A DNA stretch of 64,000 nucleotides from an uncultured delta proteobacterium (GTDB lineage: Bacteria; Desulfobacterota; Binatia; UBA9968), in the NCBI GenBank assembly GCA_963816145.1, contig CAWFJP010000024.1, positions 48,929-112,928 of the forward strand, read 5' to 3'. Both the position numbers and the translations under genes were made by a program. Shown here in pieces: positions 35,222 to 44,598 of this stretch (its first letter is position 1; each line of letters starts with the position of its first letter). The notes under the pieces are model-generated. The model made no database searches. It was not told the origin of the DNA and saw only the letters and a program-made list of their open reading frames with translations.

Positions 35222-35625
35222 TTGAACAGGAGTTCAGAGAGGCAAACAATACGGATTTTGCACAGGAGGTAACGGAGAGAACCGAGATATATTTCTTAAA
35301 GACAAACTCTGTTTGCTCCGTTTGCTCCTGTTTAAAATTCATTTCTGATATTTCAATTGCCTCCTGTTAAATTGAATCCCTCTTAACTCGACCCTCGACA
35401 CTCGTCACTCGTCACTTCTTCACAGGAGCTAACAGAGCAAACAGAGTTTAGTTAGATTCGTCTCCGTTCTCTCCGTTGCCTCCTGTTCAATTGAATCTCT
35501 CTTCACTCGACCCTCGACACTCGTCCCTCGACACTCGCCTCTTCTTCACAGGAGCTAACAGAGGAAACAGAGTTTAACAAAATTCTTTTGGGTTCCCTCC
35601 GTTGTCTCTGTTTGCTCCGGTTCAA
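35222..35625. repeat. Three ACAGGAG-family hairpins interleaved with heptamer repeats
   Basis: Units at about 35222-35370, 35420-35490 and 35547-35625; CTCGACCCTCGACACTCG spacers. Confidence 0.85.
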
Positions 35626-36902
35626 AATTTACTCTCTCGTGCCGCTGATGGCAGGTCCTTGCACCGCGAGGCATCGAACACCACCTGGTCATACCACCAC
35701 AAGCGCTCGAAGAGGGCGCGCGCGGTGTCGCGCTGACCGCGCGCACCGGCGATCTCGCCGGCGGAACGCGTGCCGTCGATCGCATCGAAGATTTTTTTCT
35801 GCTGCGCGTCGATCGGCAAGTAAAGGTCGGTGTAGCTGTGGCTCCGATTGATCAGCACCGCGGCGGCACCGGGCGGCAGCCGCTCTTGAACGCAGATCGT
35901 CGCCGACATGCGAATCGGCACATAGCCAAGCCAGGCGTCACCGGTAAAACTGATCGGTTGCCGGTCGCCAGGAACATCATCACGGTAAACGACCGCGCTG
36001 TGGCGCACCATCGTGCCGCGAAACAGTTCCACCGCGGCATACTGCTCTGCCAACGGAAGCTCTGCCAGCCGGGCCGCCTGCGGGATATTAGCGATCACGC
36101 CGCAACCAGGGCTGTAGGGAGCTTGTCTGATCCAGCGACCGAAGCCCAGTGCTCCGCGATTGATGAAATCGAAAAATTGCGCCACCGAATACGCGCGGTC
36201 TTGCGGGTGCAATAGCGCGTCGGCGAGCGCCGCCTCGTGCCGAAACTCCGGTGCTTCGCGCAGCAGGTTTCCCAGCGGATGCCCGGGTGGCAGCGCCTTG
36301 AGCGCGGCGCTGAGATCGCGAATCCCGTCATCGGTGGCGGAGATGCCGAGCCGCCGGCAAAACTCCTGCAGCATATAGATACCGGTGCGTCCGTACGGCG
36401 CGTACACCATAAGATGCATCGCGCCCTCCGGTTTGAGTACATCGCGCAGAGCTCTGAGCCCTGCGTCAGGGTCGGCAAGATGATGCAGCACTCCGGTGCA
36501 GACGATCTGATCGAAATTCTTTGCCAGTTCTTGTACCCGCTCGACGGCAAGCTGATGGACCTGGAGATTTTCTAATTTGTATTTGCGTTTAAGTTCCTCG
36601 GTACAGCGCACACTGGTTGCGCTGAAGTCGACGCCGGTGACCTGAGCCTCGGGCCAGCGCATGGCATGCTTGGCCGCCTGCGAGGTGCCGCAGCCGGCAA
36701 TCAAGATTGAGTAATCTTCCCGAAACGATCGAGCGGGCCAAAACAGATGGTAGTCCGCGCGGCGCTTTTGTCGGTCCTGCCAAAGCTGCCGATATTTTTC
36801 CAGACTGTCGATCGGCCGTGGATAAGGATAGCGCTCGTAGAAATCCCGGACTTCCTCGTCCACGGCAACTAAAGTCGAAGGATTTTTTTCTTGCCGGCTC
36901 AT
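35622..36902 (-). CDS. Class I SAM-dependent methyltransferase
   Basis: ILIAGCGT, GVDFS, FDQIVCTGVLHH, LKPEG. Confidence 0.88.
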   Translation of the reverse strand: MSRQEKNPSTLVAVDEEVRDFYERYPYPRPIDSLEKYRQLWQDRQKRRADYHLFWPARSFREDYSILIAGCGTSQAAKHAMRWPEAQVTGVDFSATSVRCTEELKRKYKLENLQVHQLAVERVQELAKNFDQIVCTGVLHHLADPDAGLRALRDVLKPEGAMHLMVYAPYGRTGIYMLQEFCRRLGISATDDGIRDLSAALKALPPGHPLGNLLREAPEFRHEAALADALLHPQDRAYSVAQFFDFINRGALGFGRWIRQAPYSPGCGVIANIPQAARLAELPLAEQYAAVELFRGTMVRHSAVVYRDDVPGDRQPISFTGDAWLGYVPIRMSATICVQERLPPGAAAVLINRSHSYTDLYLPIDAQQKKIFDAIDGTRSAGEIAGARGQRDTARALFERLWWYDQVVFDASRCKDLPSAARESKF

Positions 36903-36974
36903 GGGGACTTTCCAAGCAATTTATAAGTATGACGCCAGTTCATGAGAAAATCCCTCCCAACCTCCCTTTGCCAA

Positions 36975-37106
36975 GAGGCTGTGTCGCAACTGTCATTCCG
37001 AGGTGAAGCCGAGGAATCTCTTCTTCGTATGTGGCTGAAAATACGAGATCCCTCGCTCCGCTCGGGATGACAGATGTGGGGCATTTGCGCATTGCGACAC
37101 AGCCTC
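36975..37106. mobile_element. MITE-like element, 15-bp perfect TIR, 3-bp TSD (CAA)
   Basis: GAGGCTGTGTCGCAA ... TTGCGACACAGCCTC; removing it restores the palindrome CCTCCCTTTGCCAAAGGGAGG. Confidence 0.8.
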
Positions 37107-37145
37107 CAAAGGGAGGCGGAACTCCCCCTCTTTAGCAAAGAGGGG

Positions 37146-37320
37146 CCAGTGTGCCGACCCAAAAGTTCGCTACATAATTCATCCGTCATTCCGGGCAAGC
37201 TGGCGATCGCTAGCGCGACGCGGAATCCAGGACAATCGCGAACCTGGATGCCGGCCTTCTCCGGCATGACGATATCAGGCCGTCCGCCTTGTTTTGCGAA
37301 CCTCTGGACCACGACACTAG
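37146..37320. mobile_element. Degenerate MITE-like element carrying a GTCATTCCGG-type REP pair
   Basis: Imperfect 25-bp inverted ends (CCAGTGT...GTTCGC / GCGAAC...ACACTAG); removal restores AAAGAGGGGCTAGGGGAGATTT. Confidence 0.55.
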
Positions 37321-37428
37321 GGGAGATTTTTGAATTTGGCATCCAACCAATGTTCCTATGTGTCACCAACAGGTTCAACGTCTGTGTTACGGCAGCGGTC
37401 GTCTGGTAATCGGCGCATTAGAGTTATT

Positions 37429-37836
37429 TCACAGCAGAACGATGTCCCCGATTATCGTGACCAAAAGTATCGCCCCAAGCAAGAAAATCACGCCGGCCAT
37501 CTGAAAATTCGGGTTGCTAAAGACGCTCTCTTTCCGGCCCAATCTCTTCAAGGTCCGGTAATATTGAATCATCATGACAAACAAGGGGACGGTTCCCGCC
37601 ACCAGCATGAAGAGCGCGACATTCCTTGGCGTCTCAGGCCGAATTAGTTTCGTGGAAGTATGCTCAAGCACGTAGCGGAGCACATTGAATATCGTGAAAC
37701 CGAAGCCGATAAACGACAACGATGTGCGCACGCCGGCAAGCATGGTCCGGTCCGCCGCTAAAACCGTTCGTTCAACCGCAAGCTTGTCGCTCAGGTGAAG
37801 GTCTTCGGGCTTAATTCCGTTCTCTTCCATTGCCAA
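37429..37836 (-). CDS. DUF202 (YidH-like) membrane protein
   Basis: LAADRTMLAGVRTSLSFIGFGF and 3 TM segments; real start may be ATG 37879 via an indel. Confidence 0.85.
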   Translation of the reverse strand: MAMEENGIKPEDLHLSDKLAVERTVLAADRTMLAGVRTSLSFIGFGFTIFNVLRYVLEHTSTKLIRPETPRNVALFMLVAGTVPLFVMMIQYYRTLKRLGRKESVFSNPNFQMAGVIFLLGAILLVTIIGDIVLL

Positions 37837-37914
37837 TCCCGATGGTGGTGAGCGACTGACTGATTTGGTTTGTATCCATGTTTAATTTCAAATTGTTAAA
37901 AGTTTTACTGGCTT

Positions 37915-39819
37915 TCACTTGTTTACGTTCGAAAGATTACTCTCATTGAGCGCAGCCAATCCCTTTGCGTGCTCGCGCAAAATTCGTTTGACCTCGAGGA
38001 TCGTTTCGGGATTCCCCTGGACCGAGTGTCCGGATCGAATAATCTTTTCCGACTCGACGCCGTCGATATGCGCGCTCATATATTTCACCACCCCGTCGCC
38101 CGCTTCATCGAGCGGCGCGTCGCTGTTCACGGCGATGATCGAGTTCGCTGTGACGCCATCGGCGATCGGGATGGCGATTAAATTTTTGATAAAGGTATTG
38201 TTCGGGTTCATGTTATCGATACTGGTCGGGATACCGGACACCGAGCCGAGAAATACTCCCTCTTTTTGAAGAGTCAGCAGGTCGACGCTCAGTTTGGTAA
38301 GCCGGCCCGGAAGATTTACCAGCCACGAACCTATAGCGCCGAGAATTCCCAGCGCCTGATAACTGCCTCGATGCGGCGTGGCGACAAAGACGACACGCTT
38401 GACGAACGGCAGCGGTTTGAGAATCAACCCGCGGGTCAACGTCTCCCGAGTTTCGGCTCTGACATCGAGTTCATCGGGAGAAACGCTGAAAGGCCAAAGA
38501 CCCATGCCGCTGTCGATGGCGGTCATCTTGGTCAGCAACCCACCTTGGCTATGACCCATGACAATCATCTGTTTCAGGCCAGGATCTTTTCCCTCTGGAT
38601 CAATATCCGCTATGGTTTGAATTAGGGCGTCGCGCAAAAGCATCGCCGAGTAGGCGATCGGGTTCCCCGTGTTGTAAACAAAAAACCAGAGATCGAATCT
38701 GTTGAAGAGCTGAGGATCATTGCCTACTTCGTTCACCAACTCCGCCCACCGCGCGGGGCTGGAGGCGGTTCCATGCACGAGCACCACCGGAATATGGCCG
38801 TAACGGTGGGGACCAAACATGAAAAGGCCGTCTCCCGATCGTGTTAAGCTAAAATCGCCGGAGCGAAATCCGGCGAATTCAAAATCCCAGACGGGCGAAC
38901 CTTCCAGCGTATCGGCCAGGGCGGATGATATTTCGTATTCAATGGGCACGTCAACGTTGTTAACCTTTACCGTCCTTGCGGAGTCGGGATTGTAGAGCTC
39001 CAAGTGGCCGGTGAGTTTTCCCGATACGAGATCGCCGCGAGCATCGTCATAGCGGAGAAAAGCGGCAACCGGAATTTTCATTCTTACAGGGATGCGTTTG
39101 TATTGCGCGCTGGCCAACGATCCCACCGGTTCGAGTGCGGCCACCAGCGGCGCTCCGACGCCAGGCTCACGGTAACGATTACGCAGTCCGCGGACCTCCA
39201 GCTCTGCGGCGGAAACAAAGTCTTTAAGCCGGAATCCCGTCCACAGCAAATCTTGCTCGTCGAAGGTGACGGTCAATTCCCCGAACGGCAGAACAAACTG
39301 ACCGCCTTTCAACACAACGTGCTCGCCGTCGTCTGCGGTCAACCCTCTGGCCAACCCCCGATTCAAAATGTCTACTGCCCAGCGGGTTCGCGGGTCAATG
39401 GCTCTGGGCGGCGTGCCATTCTTTCCCGGCAGGAGAAAGGCCGACGCATACGCCGTCGCGGCAAGGTAATAAGACCGGTCGCCGCTATTCTCCGCATAGA
39501 GAAATGAAAGCTCGGCAAGGGCGAAGACGCGCTCCTCATCGCCGGTGGGTGCCAAACCCTTATGCAACTTGGCGAGCGCTTCTTTGGGATCATTGTCGAA
39601 CAGCTCGTAGAGGCCTAGATTGAGCAGTTGCCGGGAAGAAAAGGAACTGGGCTTGTCGGTGTTCAGCGCATTGGCGGTGAGATCATACTGGGCTGTGCGC
39701 GGATCCACTCGGGTTACGCCGATGGGCGTGACGCAACCGGAAGCGACGAGCGCAATGCAACTTGCCAGCAGCGCCCAGCATCTTAACCGCCGTAAAATTA
39801 TCTTTGATCCTTCAGACAT
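37915..39819 (-). CDS. Alpha/beta-hydrolase lipoprotein (esterase/lipase)
   Basis: Lipobox ASGC, VVLVHG, GHSQGG nucleophile elbow, ATPHRGS, GDGVV. Confidence 0.88.
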   Translation of the reverse strand: MSEGSKIILRRLRCWALLASCIALVASGCVTPIGVTRVDPRTAQYDLTANALNTDKPSSFSSRQLLNLGLYELFDNDPKEALAKLHKGLAPTGDEERVFALAELSFLYAENSGDRSYYLAATAYASAFLLPGKNGTPPRAIDPRTRWAVDILNRGLARGLTADDGEHVVLKGGQFVLPFGELTVTFDEQDLLWTGFRLKDFVSAAELEVRGLRNRYREPGVGAPLVAALEPVGSLASAQYKRIPVRMKIPVAAFLRYDDARGDLVSGKLTGHLELYNPDSARTVKVNNVDVPIEYEISSALADTLEGSPVWDFEFAGFRSGDFSLTRSGDGLFMFGPHRYGHIPVVLVHGTASSPARWAELVNEVGNDPQLFNRFDLWFFVYNTGNPIAYSAMLLRDALIQTIADIDPEGKDPGLKQMIVMGHSQGGLLTKMTAIDSGMGLWPFSVSPDELDVRAETRETLTRGLILKPLPFVKRVVFVATPHRGSYQALGILGAIGSWLVNLPGRLTKLSVDLLTLQKEGVFLGSVSGIPTSIDNMNPNNTFIKNLIAIPIADGVTANSIIAVNSDAPLDEAGDGVVKYMSAHIDGVESEKIIRSGHSVQGNPETILEVKRILREHAKGLAALNESNLSNVNK

Positions 39820-40040
39820 TCGTGATTCTCCTATGTCGCTTCTCCGTTCATCGCCTCGGGCAAGGGATACGGCTCTCGGTTTTGCCGAGCCGGCTTCGTC
39901 GCAAGTCGCACTGACTTGGCAGGGTCCGAAACACGGTCATCGGCAATTATTTTAGTTTGCCTGTGGCTTTCATGTTCTTGCAGGCGGTTTTGCTGGCTGC
40001 ATCCGGTCGGTGTTCGATTGACCGCCGGGTTGCTTTTTAT

Positions 40041-40259
40041 GGGTCATCGCGTAATCGAGTGGGCGCTGACTTAATGGCAAATTACTCTTCCATGGCCGGT
40101 TCCTCCCTTTCGCAAAGGGAGGTTAGGAGGGATTTTTCATGGCTTGAAAGATCGTCTTCTGGACAAAATCCCCCCAACCCCCCTTTTCTAAAGGGGGGTG
40201 AAACCTACAAGAACAGCATTTCTCAACAAATTTCACCCACTCGATTACGCGAAGAGCCC
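40041..40259. mobile_element. MITE-like element, ~25-bp TIR, 7-bp TSD TTTTTAT
   Basis: GGGTCATCGCGTAATCGAGTGGG ... CCCACTCGATTACGCGAAGAGCCC; TTTTTAT at 40034-40040 and 40260-40266. Confidence 0.8.
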
Positions 40260-40304
40260 TTTTTATTTTGTCCGTACCCATCAGCCCGCTTGCGCGCTTC
40301 CCTT

Positions 40305-40601
40305 TCAGTGCGCGCGTAGGGATGCGACGAGACTCAGCAGATTTTCCGGCTGCACGTGAATAATGCCGCCGCGCGGGCTATCGATGTCCGCGATAGAGAA
40401 AGAACGAGATCGACACGAAAATCCGACGATGAGTGCGAGCAGCGTCAGCGTAGCGCCCAGGATGATGCCGAAGTCTTCACGCTTGTCTTCTTCCCACTTC
40501 AGCAGCCGCCGCAAAACGTTCGCCCCTATCGGCACCGAAAGCGATAAGACGACTAAAGAAATCACGAATACAAGCAGCGGATAGTCCGATACCTTGATCA
40601 T
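40305..40601 (-). pseudogene. Internally deleted DUF4239-like membrane protein
   Basis: N-terminal GATLTLLALIVGFS fused almost directly to C-terminal IADIDSPRGGIIHVQPENL; the middle is missing. Confidence 0.65.
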
Positions 40602-40755
40602 TGGGTCCTCGCGAGTTGGTAATTCAGCGAATCCTATCAGCCCGCTTTGATCGCCCTAAGCTCCACGACGCGTTCATCGACCAGCCATGAACTCCCAGCG
40701 TGAGAGTGTCTGACGTTTCAAAAGGCAGCGCTATCACTTTTGGTTTTTACCGCGG

Positions 40756-40790
40756 ATCCCCCCGGCGGACTCCTTGTCCGCCCGGGGGAT
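40756..40790. terminator. GC-rich hairpin downstream of sulfatase 1
   Basis: CCCGGCGGAC-TCCTT-GTCCGCCCGGG; a similar stem follows sulfatase 2; no clear U-tract on the minus strand. Confidence 0.45.
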
Positions 40791-40892
40791 TTTGCTCATT
40801 CTGCGAGCCTAAGCGAAGCAGCCATGAACGGATCGTGCAGTCAGTGCGCAGGACAGCTGACCGCGACTAAATCCCTCGCGCGCCCGCCGGGG

Positions 40893-42422
40893 TCAGGAAT
40901 GACCATGACTCGTCACCTGCGCCAGCACCGCATCCAGGTTGAACGAAGCGGGTTTCTGCCGCGGCGGGAACTTGGCGAAGTCCGCGATCTGCCCCGCTAT
41001 CAGCGCCTGCATCTGGTACATCTGGGGCACGTGATCGACCATCCAGTCCAGGTAGGTATTCGAATTGACCTCGGCCCGCTCGAACGGGTCGCGGCGGAGG
41101 TTCATTATATACGGCAGCCGAAGCTTCACGAACGGCTCGGCCCACTGTCTCATCGTATTGGCGCGTTGTTCCGCCAAATGAAACTTATAGTCGCCGATCC
41201 GCACCGCGATGACTTCTCCGTCGTCGCTGAAGTACACGATGGCGTTTCTCGGGCTCTCCTTCACCGCGCCGGTCAGGTAAGGGATCTGGTTGTAGCCGTC
41301 GAGATGGACCTTGTAGGTCATGTCACCGACCTTGTAGCCGTTGAGGAGCTTCTGCGTGACGTCCGGATCGCCGGCGGCAGCCAGCAGCGTCGGCATCATG
41401 TCGATGTGCGAGACGATCCCGTTCAGGACCGATCCGGCTGGGATCTTGCCCGGCCAGCGCATAAAGCACGGCACGCGCCAGCCGCCTTCCCAGTTGGAGT
41501 CCTTCTGGCCGCGGAACGGGGTGTTGGCGCCGTCCGGCCAGGTGTCGTTCTCCGGACCGTTGTCGGTGGAGTACATGACGATGGTGTTGTCGGCGATGCC
41601 CAGCTCGTCGAGCTTGTCGAGCATCTGGCCGATCTGTTCGTCGTGCACGACCATCCGATCGCTGTAGGGATCCTGCCCGCTCTTGCCGAGATTCTTCGCG
41701 GCGACGTGGGTGCGAAAGTGCATGGCCGTCGAGTTGTACCAGAGGAAGAACGGCTTGTCGGCTTTGGCTTGTTTCTCCATCCAAGCGATCGCGGCGTCAG
41801 TGATCTCTTCGTCGACGGTTTCCATGCGCTTCTTGGTCAGGGGACCGGTGTCCTGGACCTTCTGCTTGCCCACCCGGCCCCAGCGCGGTTCTTCAGTCGG
41901 GTCGTCTGTGTCCGTCGCCCACGAGTGGAGCACGCCGCGCGGCCCGAACTTCTTTTTGAATTCCGGATCCTTGGGATAGTCGGGCAATTCCGGTTCTTCC
42001 TCGGCGTTCAGGTGATAGAGATTGCCGAAGAACTCGTCGAAGCCATGCACGGTCGGCAGGAATTCGTTGCGGTCGCCCAGATGGTTCTTACCGAACTGGC
42101 CGGTGACGTAGCCGAGCGGCTTGAGCATTTCAGCGATGGTCGGGTCTTCCTTCTGCAGGCCGACGGTGGCACCGGGCATGCCGACCTTGGTCAGGCCCGT
42201 GCGGATCGGGTTTTGCCCGGTGATGAAGCACGCCCGGCCGGCGGTGCAACTCTGTTGGGCGTAGTAGTCGGTGAAGGTGACCCCTTCCTTCGCCACGCGG
42301 TCGATGTTAGGGGTCTGGTAACCCATCATGCCGCGGCTGAAGTGGCTGACGTTCCATATGCCGATGTCATCGCCCCAGAGGATAAGAATGTTGGGCTTTT
42401 TGTCAGCTTTTGCTTGTGCCAT
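40893..42422 (-). CDS. Arylsulfatase (Cys-type), copy 1
   Basis: KPNILILWGDDIG, SCTAGRA, GKNHLG, YSTDNG; no signal peptide. Confidence 0.95.
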   Translation of the reverse strand: MAQAKADKKPNILILWGDDIGIWNVSHFSRGMMGYQTPNIDRVAKEGVTFTDYYAQQSCTAGRACFITGQNPIRTGLTKVGMPGATVGLQKEDPTIAEMLKPLGYVTGQFGKNHLGDRNEFLPTVHGFDEFFGNLYHLNAEEEPELPDYPKDPEFKKKFGPRGVLHSWATDTDDPTEEPRWGRVGKQKVQDTGPLTKKRMETVDEEITDAAIAWMEKQAKADKPFFLWYNSTAMHFRTHVAAKNLGKSGQDPYSDRMVVHDEQIGQMLDKLDELGIADNTIVMYSTDNGPENDTWPDGANTPFRGQKDSNWEGGWRVPCFMRWPGKIPAGSVLNGIVSHIDMMPTLLAAAGDPDVTQKLLNGYKVGDMTYKVHLDGYNQIPYLTGAVKESPRNAIVYFSDDGEVIAVRIGDYKFHLAEQRANTMRQWAEPFVKLRLPYIMNLRRDPFERAEVNSNTYLDWMVDHVPQMYQMQALIAGQIADFAKFPPRQKPASFNLDAVLAQVTSHGHS

Positions 42423-42482
42423 TTGTTAGCTCCTTTCTGTTTCCTAAACCGTTGGTATTTAAAGTCATCAAAACCGTCGCCA

Positions 42483-43200
42483 CTTAACAGTAGACAACCG
42501 AGGCAACAATGGTTTTCATATGAATTCTCCGTTAACTCTGACCGCTCCTGCTAAATTGCCCGCTCTCCTCTCGACACTTGAAAATAAAAACTCGCTTCCA
42601 ATCCTTTTTCATATCCACTACCGGACAGTTGCGCGTATCTCCGTTATCTCCGTTTCCTCCTGTAAAAAATCCGAAGCGAGACGAGGGACGTGGGGTCGGG
42701 TGTCTAGGGAGGGGAAATTCTCTCGCCACTCGACACTTCTCACCTCGACACTCGTGCGTCACTCGTCTCTTTCTAACAGAAGCTAACAGAGGAAACAGAG
42801 TTTTCTTCAAAACAGTGAATTCGATCCATCCCGTTTGGAGCATTGTATTTGTTTTTCATCATTTTGAATTTGTTTCGAGCTTCGTGCTTCGGATTTAGTG
42901 CTTTCAAAATTGCAAATTCTTTGGCTAGCTTTACACTCACGATCTTCGCGTTACTTCACCAATTCGAAATTGAACGGCCGTCGGGTCGTTTTCGAACCAT
43001 GATATTTTTCAGGAGGCAACGGAGGGAACAGAGGTTTCCTGAAAAATACCTCCGTTAACTCTGTTTGCTCCTGTGAAGTACCGAGGGCCAAGTGTCGAGG
43101 GGAAGCTAACAGCAACATCAACTCACTTCATTCCTTGCTCTCTGTGCCCAGCATTTTCACTCGACACTCTTCCCTCGACACTTTTTTTCACTCGACATCC
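42483..43200. repeat. Mixed repeat block (ACAGGAG hairpins, heptamers, TTTCGAGCTTCGTGCTTCGGATTT)
   Basis: Arms at about 42638-42663, 42773-42800 and 43010-43074; heptamer runs 42676-42770 and 43081-43200. Confidence 0.8.
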
Positions 43201-43211
43201 ATCAATCCCGG

Positions 43212-44408
43212 TCATGCCAGATCTTCCACAAGTCGTGGAATTTCCTGCCAGGGGACAGCAGTAATCTTCGCGGTGATCTTGAACTGCCGCGGCGTTCGAC
43301 AAACAACCACCGCCGTTTTCGCTTTGGAATACTCGGACAGGAAAGTTTGCAGATGCCGCGTGTCTCGTTCGGTCGGCGCATCGCTCCACTTTACTTCCAC
43401 CGGTAACCAGTGGTCATCTGTCACCACCACCCAATCCACTTCGGGTCCATCCGGATCCCGCCAAAACCGGAGCCCCGAGTTGTCTTTGGCCTGCCGGGTC
43501 GCGCGCAGCAGTTCCAGCCCAACAAACTGCTCAAAGATTGCGCCAAGCACGCGCACCGGCAGCCGGGGGCCTTCATCCGCGGCGGCTCGGCGCACGCCTA
43601 GGTCGAAGAACAAGTAACGAGGTGACTTAGTAAGCTTTTTCCTGGTGCGACTCTCGGACAACGCCTCAATCCGCTCGGCAATCAGGCAATCCTCTAGGAT
43701 TTCGTAATAGCCCGCTACCGTGGTGTGGGGCACGCCGAGTTCCTGCGCGATGCCGCGAAAATGGCTGATTCCGCCAGCCTCGAGCGCAGCCAGTTGTAGA
43801 AACCGCGCGAACATACCTAAATTGCGCACCAGCGCCTCGGCGCGTACTTCCTCCTCTAGGTACAGCGTCGTATAGGCGCGCAGATCCTCTTCCCGCGCCG
43901 CGGCGTCGCCGGCCAACGCGATACCCGGCAGGCTGCCATACAGCAACCCTTCTTCGAGCGTCGGCGGAACCCGCTCGGCGAGCGACAGGGGATCCAGCCG
44001 CAGTGGCACCAGGCGGCCCGGCAGCAAATTAACTCCGCCGCCGCGCCGCAGCTTGCGCGCCGACGAACCGGTCAGAATAAACCGCGCCACCTTCCTATCG
44101 ATCAGATCTTGCACCACGTTCACCAGTTCGGGGACGCGCTGAACTTCGTCCAGCGCGACCAGCGCTCGGCCGCCGCGCCGGCGTTCGCCGAGCGCCTCCA
44201 CTTCCGCGCCCAGCAGCTGCGGCGCGCGCTCGTAACGCTGGCGCACTTCCGGCCGAAGAAAGTTGAGTAGCAGATCCGGTTGGAGTGGCTGCAACAAGGT
44301 CGTCTTGCCGGTCTGGCGCGGGCCGAGCAGGAGCACGGACTTCTGCCGCTGCAACACTTGGCGAATGCGCGACTCGATGATTCGAGGGAGGATTTCCATG
44401 CCCACCAT
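43212..44408 (-). CDS. AAA_14 ATPase with DUF4143 domain
   Basis: GPRQTGKT, LDEVQ, LTGSS, YLFFDLG, EVDWV...PVEVK. Confidence 0.92.
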   Translation of the reverse strand: MVGMEILPRIIESRIRQVLQRQKSVLLLGPRQTGKTTLLQPLQPDLLLNFLRPEVRQRYERAPQLLGAEVEALGERRRGGRALVALDEVQRVPELVNVVQDLIDRKVARFILTGSSARKLRRGGGVNLLPGRLVPLRLDPLSLAERVPPTLEEGLLYGSLPGIALAGDAAAREEDLRAYTTLYLEEEVRAEALVRNLGMFARFLQLAALEAGGISHFRGIAQELGVPHTTVAGYYEILEDCLIAERIEALSESRTRKKLTKSPRYLFFDLGVRRAAADEGPRLPVRVLGAIFEQFVGLELLRATRQAKDNSGLRFWRDPDGPEVDWVVVTDDHWLPVEVKWSDAPTERDTRHLQTFLSEYSKAKTAVVVCRTPRQFKITAKITAVPWQEIPRLVEDLA

Positions 44409-44461
44409 ATTCGGCGAATTTGGAGCTTTGTCAATCCCGCCTGCAACCTGCCCGTTCAGAA

Positions 44462-44598
44462 CGGAGGGTCGGGGATCGAGGGGAAAAGGACCGCAGTTTC
44501 CCTTCTCCGCTTTCCGCGCTGTGTCCCTTGCTTTTCACTCGACACTCTTCCTCGCCACTCGACACTTTCTGCCCCTCGCCACCCGACCCTCGTCCCTC
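44462..44598. repeat. Heptamer-bounded ~130-bp element; related copies at 43081-43200 and 48285-48385
   Basis: CGAGGGGAAAA...ACCGCA...TGTCCCTTGC...CTCGACAC shared between copies. Confidence 0.75.

Noticed and set aside
31604-35625. Repeat clusters as a CRISPR array
   Set aside because: Units are inverted pairs of variable length scattered between genes, not identical direct repeats with regular unique spacers; no cas genes.
36899-37409. ORFs 36899-37378 and 37074-37409, and similar ORFs at 30783-31106, 33360-33581 and 42520-43264
   Set aside because: They are translations of palindromic repeat blocks.
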